DNA of 60,202 nt, filler included, from Dehalococcoidia bacterium (GTDB lineage Bacteria; Chloroflexota; Dehalococcoidia; DSTF01; RBG-16-68-14): assembly GCA_040882355.1 (NCBI GenBank). It is 4 parts of 4 records of this genome, joined end to end, with 100 filler letters (N's around TTAATTAATTAA, not from the genome) between each part and the next. Parts side by side here need not be neighbours in the genome. Positions count along the whole stretch, not along the records: positions 16,744 to 32,879 come from JBBEBM010000058.1; 3 more parts are not named here. One strand, given 5' to 3'. The translations under genes and the position numbers were made by a program. How positions within the stretch are numbered: the first letter of the stretch is position 1; the number at the start of each line of letters is the position of its first letter. This document shows, in pieces, positions 19,066 through 27,583 of the stretch. Below the pieces are notes generated by a model that was not told the DNA's origin, made no database searches, and worked only from the letters and a program-made list of their open reading frames with translations.

Positions 19066-19581
19066 CTAGCCCGTGGCCCCGCCGGCGGGCGCTACGTCGA
19101 CCGGCACGGTCGCCTCGTCGGCCCCCGCGCTGGCTGTGAGCTGCCAGCTCCCGGCCTGCGGGAAGACGAGGTTGACGACGTAGTAGCTACCGGCGTCGTC
19201 CTCGCCGGTGGGAGTCGCGCGCCGGGCCTCGAATTCGACCGACGCGCCGCCTCGCTCCGCTCTCAGCGGAAGCGATTCCTGCTGATAGCCGTTCGTGACG
19301 CGGAGGACGAGCTTGTAGGACTGGTCCGTTTGCACCGACGCGAACTGGTCGCTCGTGCGCCAGAAGATGGGGTCTTCGCCCGTCTCGTACGGCAGGTCGA
19401 GCGAGTTGCCGGACGTCGGGTCTGTCTCGCTTGCCGTTGGCGAGACGATGGTGACGCTGACCGCTTCGGTCGGCGTCACCGCGGCCTCGCTGGCTGGCTC
19501 GTGATCGTCGCACGCGACGGCGACCGTGAGGGCGAGGAGCGTCGCGGCGAGCAGGAGAGCGGTCCGTATCTGCGATCTCAT
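19066..19581 (-). CDS. Hypothetical lipoprotein, Ig-like (YtkA/FixH-like) C-terminus
   Basis: AVAC lipobox; YVVNLVFPQAGSWQLTA; downstream of and co-directional with the mauF-like gene. Confidence 0.7.
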   Translation of the reverse strand: MRSQIRTALLLAATLLALTVAVACDDHEPASEAAVTPTEAVSVTIVSPTASETDPTSGNSLDLPYETGEDPIFWRTSDQFASVQTDQSYKLVLRVTNGYQQESLPLRAERGGASVEFEARRATPTGEDDAGSYYVVNLVFPQAGSWQLTASAGADEATVPVDVAPAGGATG

Positions 19582-19603
19582 CGTCTCAGTATAACGCCGG
19601 GTT

Positions 19604-20392
19604 TTACGAGAGGAGCGGAGCGACGAGGAGGTAGGCGGCGAACGCGCCGAGGGCGACTCCGGTCACCTGGTGGACGTGCGGCGCGAGTGCGATCAGCCGC
19701 TGGTTGAGGTCCGCGACGTCGCCGGGCTCTTTGCAGTTGGCGCTGCTGTAGATCGCGAAGGCGCGTGTTGCGCCGTAGACCAGGCCGGCGAGCGCTCCGT
19801 AGACGACGTTGCCGGAGACGAAGAGCCAGGCGAGCATGATCGGGAAGCTGGCGTAGGGCACCCTTGTGAAGACGCCGAAGCCGACGGTCCCGCCGAAGAT
19901 GACCGCGCTCCGATAAAACGTGCCGTGCACCCAGCTCGCGGGGACCTGCCAGTCGCGGCCGGGTACCGGCAGGCGCAGGAAGCCAAGCTCGTGGGCGGCG
20001 TAGACGAGCGAGACAGCGCCCAGCGCGATCGCGAGCGGTACCGTCGCGTCCGGCCAGAGGGCCTCGACGCCCCAGCCGGCTGTCGCGACGAGGACGCCGG
20101 TGGTCATGCCCGCCACCGTCATCGCGAGGGCGTAGACGGTTGCGCGCTGCAGCCAGCGCCGGTAGGTCTGAGTCCCTTCCACGAAGGGAGCGATCGTAAA
20201 GATCGCGTTGTGGCCTCAGGCGCTGCAGGTCTGGGCCAGGCCGACCAGCGCGGCAAGGGCGAGGCCGAGGCCGGCGGCGCCCGCCTCCCACGACAGTCCG
20301 GCTGTCGCGGCGGCGAGCGCCAGGCCCAGCGCCAGCCCGAGCGCGAGCAAGAGGGCGTGCCTGGCGTTGGTGAGCTGTTCCGCTCGGATCAT
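19604..20392 (-). CDS. MauF/CcdA-like polytopic membrane protein with in-frame TGA (probable selenocysteine at codon 59)
   Basis: ATG 20392 MIRAEQL...GLAQTCSA-TGA(20218-20216)-GHNAIFTIAP continues in frame into the 19604..20182 ORF; WQVPASW and GFGVFTRVP motifs. Confidence 0.72.
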
Positions 20393-20443
20393 AGTCTCAG
20401 TGTAGCCGTTCCGGCGAGGCCGTGGCCCCGCTGCTACGGCTCC

Positions 20444-20806
20444 TCAGCCCGGGCAGAACTGGGGGTTGTTGTGGTAGTCGCTGCCGCAGCCGCAGATGCC
20501 TTCCGGGCAGACGCAGTCGCAGCAGGTGACGGTGTCCGTCACCCAACAGCCGGAGGCGTAACCGACCCAGAACATGCAGGGCTTGGCGCAGACGCCGCCG
20601 GAGCTACAGCGTTCGCAGGCGCAGGGCAGGCTCGGGAAATCGCAGACGGTGGGAAAGCTGCCGGCGCTGGCCGGGCGCCCCTGCGTCGCCACGCCCGCCG
20701 CGGCGCCGAGGAGAGCGCCCATCGCCGTCTGCGCGCCGCGCCCGAATAGGCCGCGACGGGTCGTGTGGCGGGCGAGGCCTTCGCTAGCGCGTTGGAGCAG
20801 GCTCAC
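20444..20806 (-). CDS. Tat-exported Cys-rich peptide (MauA-like), paralog 3
   Basis: TRRGLFG twin-Arg; 14 Cys; SGCWV...TCCDC...DYHN. Confidence 0.85.
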   Translation of the reverse strand: MSLLQRASEGLARHTTRRGLFGRGAQTAMGALLGAAAGVATQGRPASAGSFPTVCDFPSLPCACERCSSGGVCAKPCMFWVGYASGCWVTDTVTCCDCVCPEGICGCGSDYHNNPQFCPG

Positions 20807-20830
20807 GGGCGAACACTGATTGCTCGCGCC

Positions 20831-21220
20831 CTACGGGCAGAACAGGGGGTTGTTGTGGTAGTCGCCTCCACAGCCGCACCAGCCGTCCCCCGCGACCGCG
20901 GGACAGACGCAGTCGCAGCAGGTGACGAGAGCATTCAGGTCTGTGTTGAACACGACCCAGCAACCGGAGGCATAGTACTCGGTCAAGATCATGCATGGCT
21001 TCGCGCAGACGCCGCCCGAGCTGCAGTTGTTGCAGGGGCAGGGCGGACCGGGGAACTGGCAGAACGTGGTGAGTCCGGCGCTCGCCGGGTTCGTTTGGGC
21101 CAGGGAGCCTGCCGCGGCGCCGAGCAGCGCGCCGGTGGCCACCGTTACGCCCCGCCCGAACAGCCCCCGACGGCTGGTCCTGCGGGCGAGTCCCTCACTG
21201 ACGCGGCGCAGAACCTCCAT
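20831..21220 (-). CDS. Tat-exported Cys-rich peptide (MauA-like), paralog 2
   Basis: SRRGLFG; same 14-Cys pattern. Confidence 0.87.
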   Translation of the reverse strand: MEVLRRVSEGLARRTSRRGLFGRGVTVATGALLGAAAGSLAQTNPASAGLTTFCQFPGPPCPCNNCSSGGVCAKPCMILTEYYASGCWVVFNTDLNALVTCCDCVCPAVAGDGWCGCGGDYHNNPLFCP

Positions 21221-21223
21221 CGA

Positions 21224-21604
21224 TTACGGCTTGATGCAGTTGTGCGGGTCGTTGTGGTAATCGGTGCCGCAACCGCAGATGTCGTAGCCACCAAAGCCGT
21301 TGCAGTCGCAGTCGCAGCAGGTGACATTTCCTACGACCCAACAGCCCGAGGCGTAGTAGACCGTCATGATGATGCACGGCTTCTTGCAAACGCCGTTGTT
21401 GCAGCCGTCGCAGTGGCAGCCGGGGCCGGGAAAGGAGCAGACTGTGTTGTAGATATGCCTCGCTCCCACGCGGTCCGCCTGGGTTACCGCGCCGGCCGCG
21501 GCGCCGATCAGGGCGCCAGTCGCGACCTCCGCGCCCCGGCCGAAGAAGCCGCGGCGGCTGGTCTTGCGGGCGAGTCCCTCACTGACGCGTTGTAGTAGGT
21601 CCAT
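21224..21604 (-). CDS. Tat-exported Cys-rich peptide (MauA-like), paralog 1
   Basis: AGGAGG RBS; SRRGFFG; same 14-Cys pattern. Confidence 0.87.
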   Translation of the reverse strand: MDLLQRVSEGLARKTSRRGFFGRGAEVATGALIGAAAGAVTQADRVGARHIYNTVCSFPGPGCHCDGCNNGVCKKPCIIMTVYYASGCWVVGNVTCCDCDCNGFGGYDICGCGTDYHNDPHNCIKP

Positions 21605-21622
21605 GGTGCGCCTCCTCGTCTC

Positions 21623-22243
21623 CTAATGGCCTTCGGTTGCTACGGGCTCCCCGCCTCCGGCGGGCAGGCGGCGCGCCTTCGCGCCGTTCGTGTGATCGCC
21701 GAGCTTCGCTGCACTAAGCAGCATATCGAGATGCTGGCGGTTGTTCGCGAGGCCCTTGGCCTGGACCACGCCCTCAGCGTCGAGCATGTGGGCGAAGGGC
21801 GTGACCCGTACCTTGAACTGGTCGGGTAGCGACTCGTCCGGGTGGACGGCGACGGTGACTTCTACGGCGTTCTCCTCGGCGAAGCGCTGCGTGAGCTCGA
21901 GCTCGCCGCGGCTCAGGAAGAGCACCCGCAGGTCGCCGGCGTACTCCTGGGCGAAGGCGTTCAGGTCCGGGATGAGCGCCTTGCACGGCGCGCACGAGGG
22001 CGAGCCGAAGACCAGGAGCAGCGGCAGCCCGCGGAAGTCCGCGAGCGAGAGTCCGCGACCGTCGAGCGCCTGGACGGCGAACTCAGGGGCGGCCGTGCCC
22101 GGCGCGAGGCCGTCGCGCGCAACGCCCTGCGCGGTACCCAGGTACATCATGCCGAGCTGACGCAGCAGCAAGAAGACGACTGCGCCCTGGAGGAAGACGA
22201 TCCCCCACAGGACGATGTAGCTGATCAGCCATGGACCGCTCAT
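21623..22243 (-). CDS. mauD: MauD-like membrane-anchored thioredoxin
   Basis: N-terminal TM + LLRQLG, GLAPGTAAP, CAPC, TPFA, KGLANNRQHL. Confidence 0.85.
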   Translation of the reverse strand: MSGPWLISYIVLWGIVFLQGAVVFLLLRQLGMMYLGTAQGVARDGLAPGTAAPEFAVQALDGRGLSLADFRGLPLLLVFGSPSCAPCKALIPDLNAFAQEYAGDLRVLFLSRGELELTQRFAEENAVEVTVAVHPDESLPDQFKVRVTPFAHMLDAEGVVQAKGLANNRQHLDMLLSAAKLGDHTNGAKARRLPAGGGEPVATEGH

Positions 22244-22920
22244 GCCGTGCGCTCCATCTCGATCGTCGTCTCGTCGATGTGGGCGGTCGGGCGGTGCCCG
22301 TTGCTGCTGTGGTTGTGGCCGGTGACCTGCGTGCGCTGCGTTTGCGAGAAGATCGCGCGGAAGGCCGCGGCCTCCGGCAGCAGGATCAGCGCGTCGAAGA
22401 CGACGCCGGCGATCAGCACGACGGGGATGACTTCGCTGACCGGCGGCAGGTCGGCGCTGGAGCCAAAGAGCGCGTACTCGAGCGAGCCGAAGCGGCTGGC
22501 GCCCAGCGCGACGACGAGCGCCATGCTGGCGAAGATCAGCGATCGCAGGAGCGCCGTCGCGCCGATCGGGTCGGCCTGCACCGCGCCGAAGCAGTGGCAG
22601 TCGAGCTCGCGGCCGCGCTGAAGGTTGACGCCAATGGCGAAGGTGAAGCTGAGGAAGAGCGGCACGGCGATGCCGGCGGCGACGCCTGTGCCGAACCCGA
22701 CGAGCAACAGCACGCCGAGTGCGGTCTCGATCCAGGGCACGGCGGCCGCGAAGGGCCGGGCGAGCGTCGCGGGCAAGACCTCGTACTCGGCGACGGCCTG
22801 GCGGAAGCTCGCTCGATCGACGAGCTTCGATACGCCGGCAAGGAGCAAGACGCCCCCCAGCACCAGCCGCAAGAAGAGCTGGATGTGGGGCTGCGACAGC
22901 GCTTCGATCGGGTACGACAT
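22240..22920 (-). CDS. mauE: MauE/DoxX family redox-associated membrane protein
   Basis: LRLVLGGVLLLAGVSKL, VPWIE, RGRELDCHCFG; start MSYPIE at 22920. Confidence 0.87.
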   Translation of the reverse strand: MSYPIEALSQPHIQLFLRLVLGGVLLLAGVSKLVDRASFRQAVAEYEVLPATLARPFAAAVPWIETALGVLLLVGFGTGVAAGIAVPLFLSFTFAIGVNLQRGRELDCHCFGAVQADPIGATALLRSLIFASMALVVALGASRFGSLEYALFGSSADLPPVSEVIPVVLIAGVVFDALILLPEAAAFRAIFSQTQRTQVTGHNHSSNGHRPTAHIDETTIEMERTA

Positions 22921-22943
22921 GATCCCTCCGCCCGCCTCGACGC

Positions 22944-23855
22944 CTACGCGCTCGCCGACCGGTAGCCGGTCAGGTGGCTCCCGCTTCCGGCGACCTGCAG
23001 CAGGTAGAAGCGACCGTCCTCCTCGCCGAGGGGAAGGTAGCCGGCGGCGCTGAGCTGCAGGAGCGGTAGGGCGGGGTTGGCGCCATCGAGCATGTCGGAC
23101 CAGACGGCCCGCTGCGCCGCGCCGATGACGATCTGGTTGTAGCGCACCGTCGCCGTGCGGGCGAAGGAGCGGTCGGCGGCGCGGGTGAGCGAGAGCGTGG
23201 GGCTCAGGCGCCGCGACAGGTCTTCGGTCGGGTCGAGCAGCGTGCCGGACAGGATCGAGAGCGAGGCCCACATCGGCTCGGCGCGGTCGGCGGCCAGCGC
23301 CAGGCGGTCGCCGGTCTCGCGGTCGAGCATGAGGTTGAGCATCGCGTGGGAGCCGGCGCCGTTCAGCTTGGAGGGCGTGAGCACCTCGGTGCGCAGGCCG
23401 GTGTCCGGTCGCTTCGTCAGGTCGTAGTGCTGCTTGAGCAGCCCTTCAGGGTCGAACTGGAAGCGTGGGAAGCGCCAGGCCGTGTTGTTGGAGTAGAGCA
23501 GGACCTGGGCGAGCTGGTCGCCCCCGGGGTAGTCGCGGAAGAAGAACTCCGCGCCCGCTTCCTGCACGGCCAGCGGCCGGCTGCGGATGGCGGCGGCGGC
23601 CGGCGCCCAGCAGCAGACCTCGCTCAGCTCGTGCGCGAGCCCGCTATCGCCCGCCCAACGGGCGGCATCGACGGCGCGCGTGCGCAGGCTATCGATGCTG
23701 TACGGGCCTTCGGCCGGCCCGCCTCCCGCCTGGCCACCCGCGAGCGAGCCCGCAGAAGAGGCGGCGAAGCTGCGGAGCGGTGCCATGCGGGTCAGCCCCA
23801 GGCCGACCATAGCTGCTCCCAGTGTCGTCAGGAATCCGCGTCGTGTACAGGACAT
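22944..23855 (-). CDS. Tat-signal hypothetical protein, first gene of mau-like operon
   Basis: TRRGFLTTLGAA twin-Arg signal; GGAGG RBS; no recognisable family. Confidence 0.75.
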   Translation of the reverse strand: MSCTRRGFLTTLGAAMVGLGLTRMAPLRSFAASSAGSLAGGQAGGGPAEGPYSIDSLRTRAVDAARWAGDSGLAHELSEVCCWAPAAAAIRSRPLAVQEAGAEFFFRDYPGGDQLAQVLLYSNNTAWRFPRFQFDPEGLLKQHYDLTKRPDTGLRTEVLTPSKLNGAGSHAMLNLMLDRETGDRLALAADRAEPMWASLSILSGTLLDPTEDLSRRLSPTLSLTRAADRSFARTATVRYNQIVIGAAQRAVWSDMLDGANPALPLLQLSAAGYLPLGEEDGRFYLLQVAGSGSHLTGYRSASA

Positions 23856-24159
23856 GACCTAACCTCCCGCCCCCGGCTTTCGCCGGGTACGCTCCCCTAC
23901 GCTCGTGTCGGTTGCGTCTATTCTACCACCTCTGTCAAGAGAACGACATAACCGGTCTGGATGTAACCCAGGCATGGCACCCGAGCATTCGCGGCCCCTT
24001 GCCCAAGGCAGCACCCTCTTTACCGATCATCGACCCAGGATGGCTGAGAACGAACCCCGGGCGATTCGCCCCTCGCTGACGGCAAGTTCGAGGTGCTGAT
24101 TCCGGCAGATCGCTGGTTCCGAAGGGCAGCGACGCCGGCGACGCTGGTATACTGCGGTC

Positions 24160-24423
24160 GTGACCTCTGTGAATGGACCGGCGTTGGCCATCGAGAACGA
24201 GGCGCTCGTGCTCGACCTGGTCGAGTGGATCGCCGAGAGGCCGCGGACCTACGCCGACACGATAGACGCCTGGCGGACATCGTGCCCCCGTCTGTCGATC
24301 TGGGAGGACACGCTCGACCATGGGTTCGTGGCATGCGAGCATCGCGGCGGCTCCGACGTGATCGTCAATGTGACACCTGCCGGGCTAGCGCTTCTCAAAC
24401 GCAGCGGGCGAGGAGACTCGTAG
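24160..24423 (+). CDS. Small conserved hypothetical protein (wHTH-like)
   Basis: LDLVEWI...AWRTSCPRLSIWED...VTPAG; start uncertain. Confidence 0.65.
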   Translation: MTSVNGPALAIENEALVLDLVEWIAERPRTYADTIDAWRTSCPRLSIWEDTLDHGFVACEHRGGSDVIVNVTPAGLALLKRSGRGDS

Positions 24424-24493
24424 GGCCGGAGGCGGACTGCGTTCGCAACGGCTGGCGGGACTGATCGAGAAATCGGGTAGAATCGTATCTCGT

Positions 24494-24568
24494 GGGCCCG
24501 TAGCTCAATGGCAGAGCAGCGGACTTTTAATCCGACGGTTGAGGGTTCGAGCCCCTCCGGGCCCCCCA
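24494..24568 (+). tRNA. tRNA-Lys(UUU)
   Basis: GGGCCCG acceptor, D-arm GCTC/GAGC, loop CTTTTAA, GTTCGA T-loop, encoded CCA. Confidence 0.95.
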
Positions 24569-24571
24569 AGG

Positions 24572-25561
24572 TCAGTCAGTACCCACGAGCTCCGCGTCCG
24601 GCGGGTCGGGTACCAGGGACTCCGCGAAGCGATCGTCGCCGGTGACGTGCACCTTCAGGAACACGGTCCCGTAGCGATTGATCAGCTCGTGCCCGCGAGC
24701 CTCGGGCAGCGCGTCCGTGCAGCCGAGGCAGTGGTCGATGAACGAGAGGTGGTGGCCCTCCGGCAGCAGCACGTAGTGGGTGATCGTCGCGACGGCTAGC
24801 GCGTCGTACAGGTTGTCGACCTCGTCCTTCGGCACGATCTCGTCCTTGCTACCGGCGATGACCATCACCGGCGCTCGGACGTCTGCCGCCACTGGGATCA
24901 GCGACTCCGGGAGGCCGGGCGCCAGCGACACCGCGGCGTCGAACTGCCCGTCTGGCGCGACAGACACGGCCGTCCAGCCGCCGAACGAGTGGCCGGCGAT
25001 GGCGGTGCGCTCCGGGTCGACGAGAGGGCCGAGGGGCTCGGTCCCGTCATCGTGCAGCGTCACCATCTCGTCGAGAATGAACGCGACATCGCCCGGCCGC
25101 TCCTGCGCGGACGCGGCGATGTTCTGCGCGTCGCACAGCACACAATCGTCTGTGGTGTTACCGGGATGCGGCGGCGACGCGACGACGAAGCCCCAGGAGG
25201 CAAGGTGCCCCGTGAAGAAGCTCTGGTTCTCCAGCATGCCACCGCTGCCGTGCGAGAAGATCACCAGCGGGAACGGCCCGTCGTCGGTCGCAGGCGCCTC
25301 GTCGGTGACGGCGCCGGCTGCGCCCTCCGCCGGATACCAGATCCAGGTCTCCATCGCGCGCGGGGTGGCGTCGGCGGTGGACGGCCGCGTGGAAGTCATC
25401 TTCGTCACGCCGACGGCGTACGGCCCGGTCCCGCCGGGATCGCCGAAAAAATCGCTCTCGCCGTCGCCCGAACCGCCGCCCAAGTCGCACGCGGCGTTCA
25501 AGAGACAGGCGATTGCGAGGAACGGCACCGCGACGATGGCAAGGGGGAGGCGTCCGATCAC
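24572..25561 (-). CDS. Alpha/beta hydrolase lipoprotein (dienelactone hydrolase/PAF-AH-like)
   Basis: FSHGSGG, GHSFGG nucleophile, D and H of triad; NAAC lipobox; probable GTG start. Confidence 0.85.
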   Translation of the reverse strand: MIGRLPLAIVAVPFLAIACLLNAACDLGGGSGDGESDFFGDPGGTGPYAVGVTKMTSTRPSTADATPRAMETWIWYPAEGAAGAVTDEAPATDDGPFPLVIFSHGSGGMLENQSFFTGHLASWGFVVASPPHPGNTTDDCVLCDAQNIAASAQERPGDVAFILDEMVTLHDDGTEPLGPLVDPERTAIAGHSFGGWTAVSVAPDGQFDAAVSLAPGLPESLIPVAADVRAPVMVIAGSKDEIVPKDEVDNLYDALAVATITHYVLLPEGHHLSFIDHCLGCTDALPEARGHELINRYGTVFLKVHVTGDDRFAESLVPDPPDAELVGTD

Positions 25562-25581
25562 GTTCCTAACCCCAATCCGGC

Positions 25582-26490
25582 TTACGCCCTCTCGATGTAG
25601 CCGAGCTCGATGATCCCGTAGCCGACGCGATCGCCAGAGCGGTAGCGGGCGAAGCCGTCCTTGCACCACGTCTGGCCGAACCGCGTCGGCGCGATCGCGA
25701 GTACCTCTTCGCCGATGATGTGGTGCTCCCGCTGCCGCTCGTCGACCAGGTGCAGCTCGACGCCGGTCTGGCGGGTGCCGCCGTCCGTCGCCCGCACGTC
25801 CATGCGCACCTCTGCCAGGTCCATCACCTCGTGCCCGTCCCAGAGGCCGCCGATGAAGATCTTCGTCTCGCCGAGCGTGACGCGCACCGCGTTGAACCAG
25901 AAGTCCCTGCCGAACTCTCCGCTCAGATAGTCCCAGCGCGGCAGGCGCGACCAGTCTCGCTCGTCGCCCCAGGTGTGGTCGCGGTGGCCGAAGCAGTCAA
26001 GCGGGTACGTCGCGCCGCCGAGCGTCATCGTGCCCGTCACCACGCCCGCGTGCTCGATGTGACCTGCGGGTCGGAGCGCTTCCGCTTCCGGCTGCGGCGC
26101 ATGGTTCGGATAGAGGTAGGTGGGACTCATGCCCTGCCAGGTCACGTCCATCTTGTGGGCACCGTGCGCGTAGCGCAGCCGGAAGCCCGCGAGCGGCTCC
26201 TCCCAGACGATCTCCATCGCGCCGAGCGCGAGGCGCCGGTCTTCCATCGGCGGAAGCGGCGCGTGCTGGTCGATCAGGCTGTGGACGATCTCGCCCTGGC
26301 GCACGAGATGCAAGTAGATGTTCGCGTGGTCGCTGTTCGGATAGTTCCCGATCCTCACCGTCACCCCGATCTCGACCTGGGGGTCGTAGAAGGCGAACCA
26401 GAAGCTCTCGTTCCAGAGCGGCCGCCTGTCGGAGCCGGGTAGGTGCCGGCGGTCGTCTTCGATCGTGGCCATGTGCACGGCGCTCGCCAT
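25582..26490 (-). CDS. Hypothetical beta-barrel (tocopherol cyclase/lipocalin-like) protein
   Basis: WNESFWF, GHIEHAG, GHRDHTWG motifs; operon with APH and SDR genes. Confidence 0.7.
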   Translation of the reverse strand: MASAVHMATIEDDRRHLPGSDRRPLWNESFWFAFYDPQVEIGVTVRIGNYPNSDHANIYLHLVRQGEIVHSLIDQHAPLPPMEDRRLALGAMEIVWEEPLAGFRLRYAHGAHKMDVTWQGMSPTYLYPNHAPQPEAEALRPAGHIEHAGVVTGTMTLGGATYPLDCFGHRDHTWGDERDWSRLPRWDYLSGEFGRDFWFNAVRVTLGETKIFIGGLWDGHEVMDLAEVRMDVRATDGGTRQTGVELHLVDERQREHHIIGEEVLAIAPTRFGQTWCKDGFARYRSGDRVGYGIIELGYIERA

Positions 26491-26502
26491 CGATCCCTCC
26501 TC

Positions 26503-27576
26503 TCAGCTTGCCTGGAACGGGATGTCGAGCAACGCGGCCAGCCGTCGCGTGATCGGGCTGTCCAGTCCGTTGCCCGGCGATTGCGCGGGCGCGCTCAAGC
26601 GTCGCAACTGACGGTAGAGGCTGACCATGATCACGCCGAACCGCAAGCCCGCCATCACCTCGTGGTAGAAGAGGTGCTCCGTCTTGCGGGCGGTAAGCTC
26701 CTCGTAGCGGCACACGGTTTCGTTTCGATCGGGGAGCCCTGGCAGGCGAGCGACGCCGTGGCCCTCGCTGTGGTGCCAGTCGAGGAAGAGCCACCACGCC
26801 AGGTCGGCCTCCGGGTCGCCAAGGAACGCCATCTCCCAGTCGAGCGCGCCGGCGACGTCGTTGTCGCGGAAGATGATGTTGGGCAGGCGCGCATCGCCCC
26901 AGCAGAGGGCGACGCGCGCTGGCGTGAAGCGATGCTCTCGAAGCCAGCGCAGGGCGGCGTCGAGGACCGGCTCGGGCTCGTCTTGCTGCGCCCAGCGCAG
27001 GAAGCTCTCGTAGTAGTCGATCTGCCGATCCAGCGGGTCGGTCCCGGCGCCCGGTACGCGGAGGAAGGACAGGCCCAGCGCCTGCCAGTCGACGGAGTGG
27101 ATGCGCGCAAGCGTCTCGACGCCGCGCCACCACATCTCCTCGCGCGCATCGGGCGTGGCGTCGGCCAGGACGCCCGTCGTGTGGTAGAAGGGGACATCGG
27201 GTGGCACCTCGCCTTCGATACGGTCCATCACGTAGAACGCTCTGCCGACCACGCCTTGGTCCTCTTCGAGCCAGCGCACCGTGGGGACGGCGATGCCTGT
27301 GTCGATCAGACATCGCATCACGCGGACTTGCCTGGCGAGGTCGTACTCGGGGAAGACGCGCACGTCGCGCGGCTCCAGCCGGAACACCAGGCGCTCCGCG
27401 CGCTCCTCGCCGCGCTCCCGCCACGCGAGGTCGGCGAGCAACGTCTCGTTCGAGAAGCCGGCGCCCGGCTTGGTCAGCGACGACAGGCGAACGTCATCGG
27501 CGTCCGGCAGCTTGCCCACGAGCCACTCGGACAGGCTCGCGCGGATCGTCTCCATGTCGCGTTGCTGGGCAACCAC
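26503..27576 (-). CDS. Phosphotransferase (APH/ACAD10-like) family protein
   Basis: GFSNET, WGDARLPNI, LDWEM, GDPEADLAW. Confidence 0.9.
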   Translation of the reverse strand: MVAQQRDMETIRASLSEWLVGKLPDADDVRLSSLTKPGAGFSNETLLADLAWRERGEERAERLVFRLEPRDVRVFPEYDLARQVRVMRCLIDTGIAVPTVRWLEEDQGVVGRAFYVMDRIEGEVPPDVPFYHTTGVLADATPDAREEMWWRGVETLARIHSVDWQALGLSFLRVPGAGTDPLDRQIDYYESFLRWAQQDEPEPVLDAALRWLREHRFTPARVALCWGDARLPNIIFRDNDVAGALDWEMAFLGDPEADLAWWLFLDWHHSEGHGVARLPGLPDRNETVCRYEELTARKTEHLFYHEVMAGLRFGVIMVSLYRQLRRLSAPAQSPGNGLDSPITRRLAALLDIPFQAS

Positions 27577-27583
27577 GTCCCGC

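Noticed and set aside
20444..22920. Calling the locus a methylamine dehydrogenase
   Set aside because: No mauB/mauG nearby and the second TTQ Trp is not conserved
24494..24568. tRNA-anchored genomic island (also at tRNA-Gly)
   Set aside because: No integrase or duplicated tRNA 3' end seen in the window
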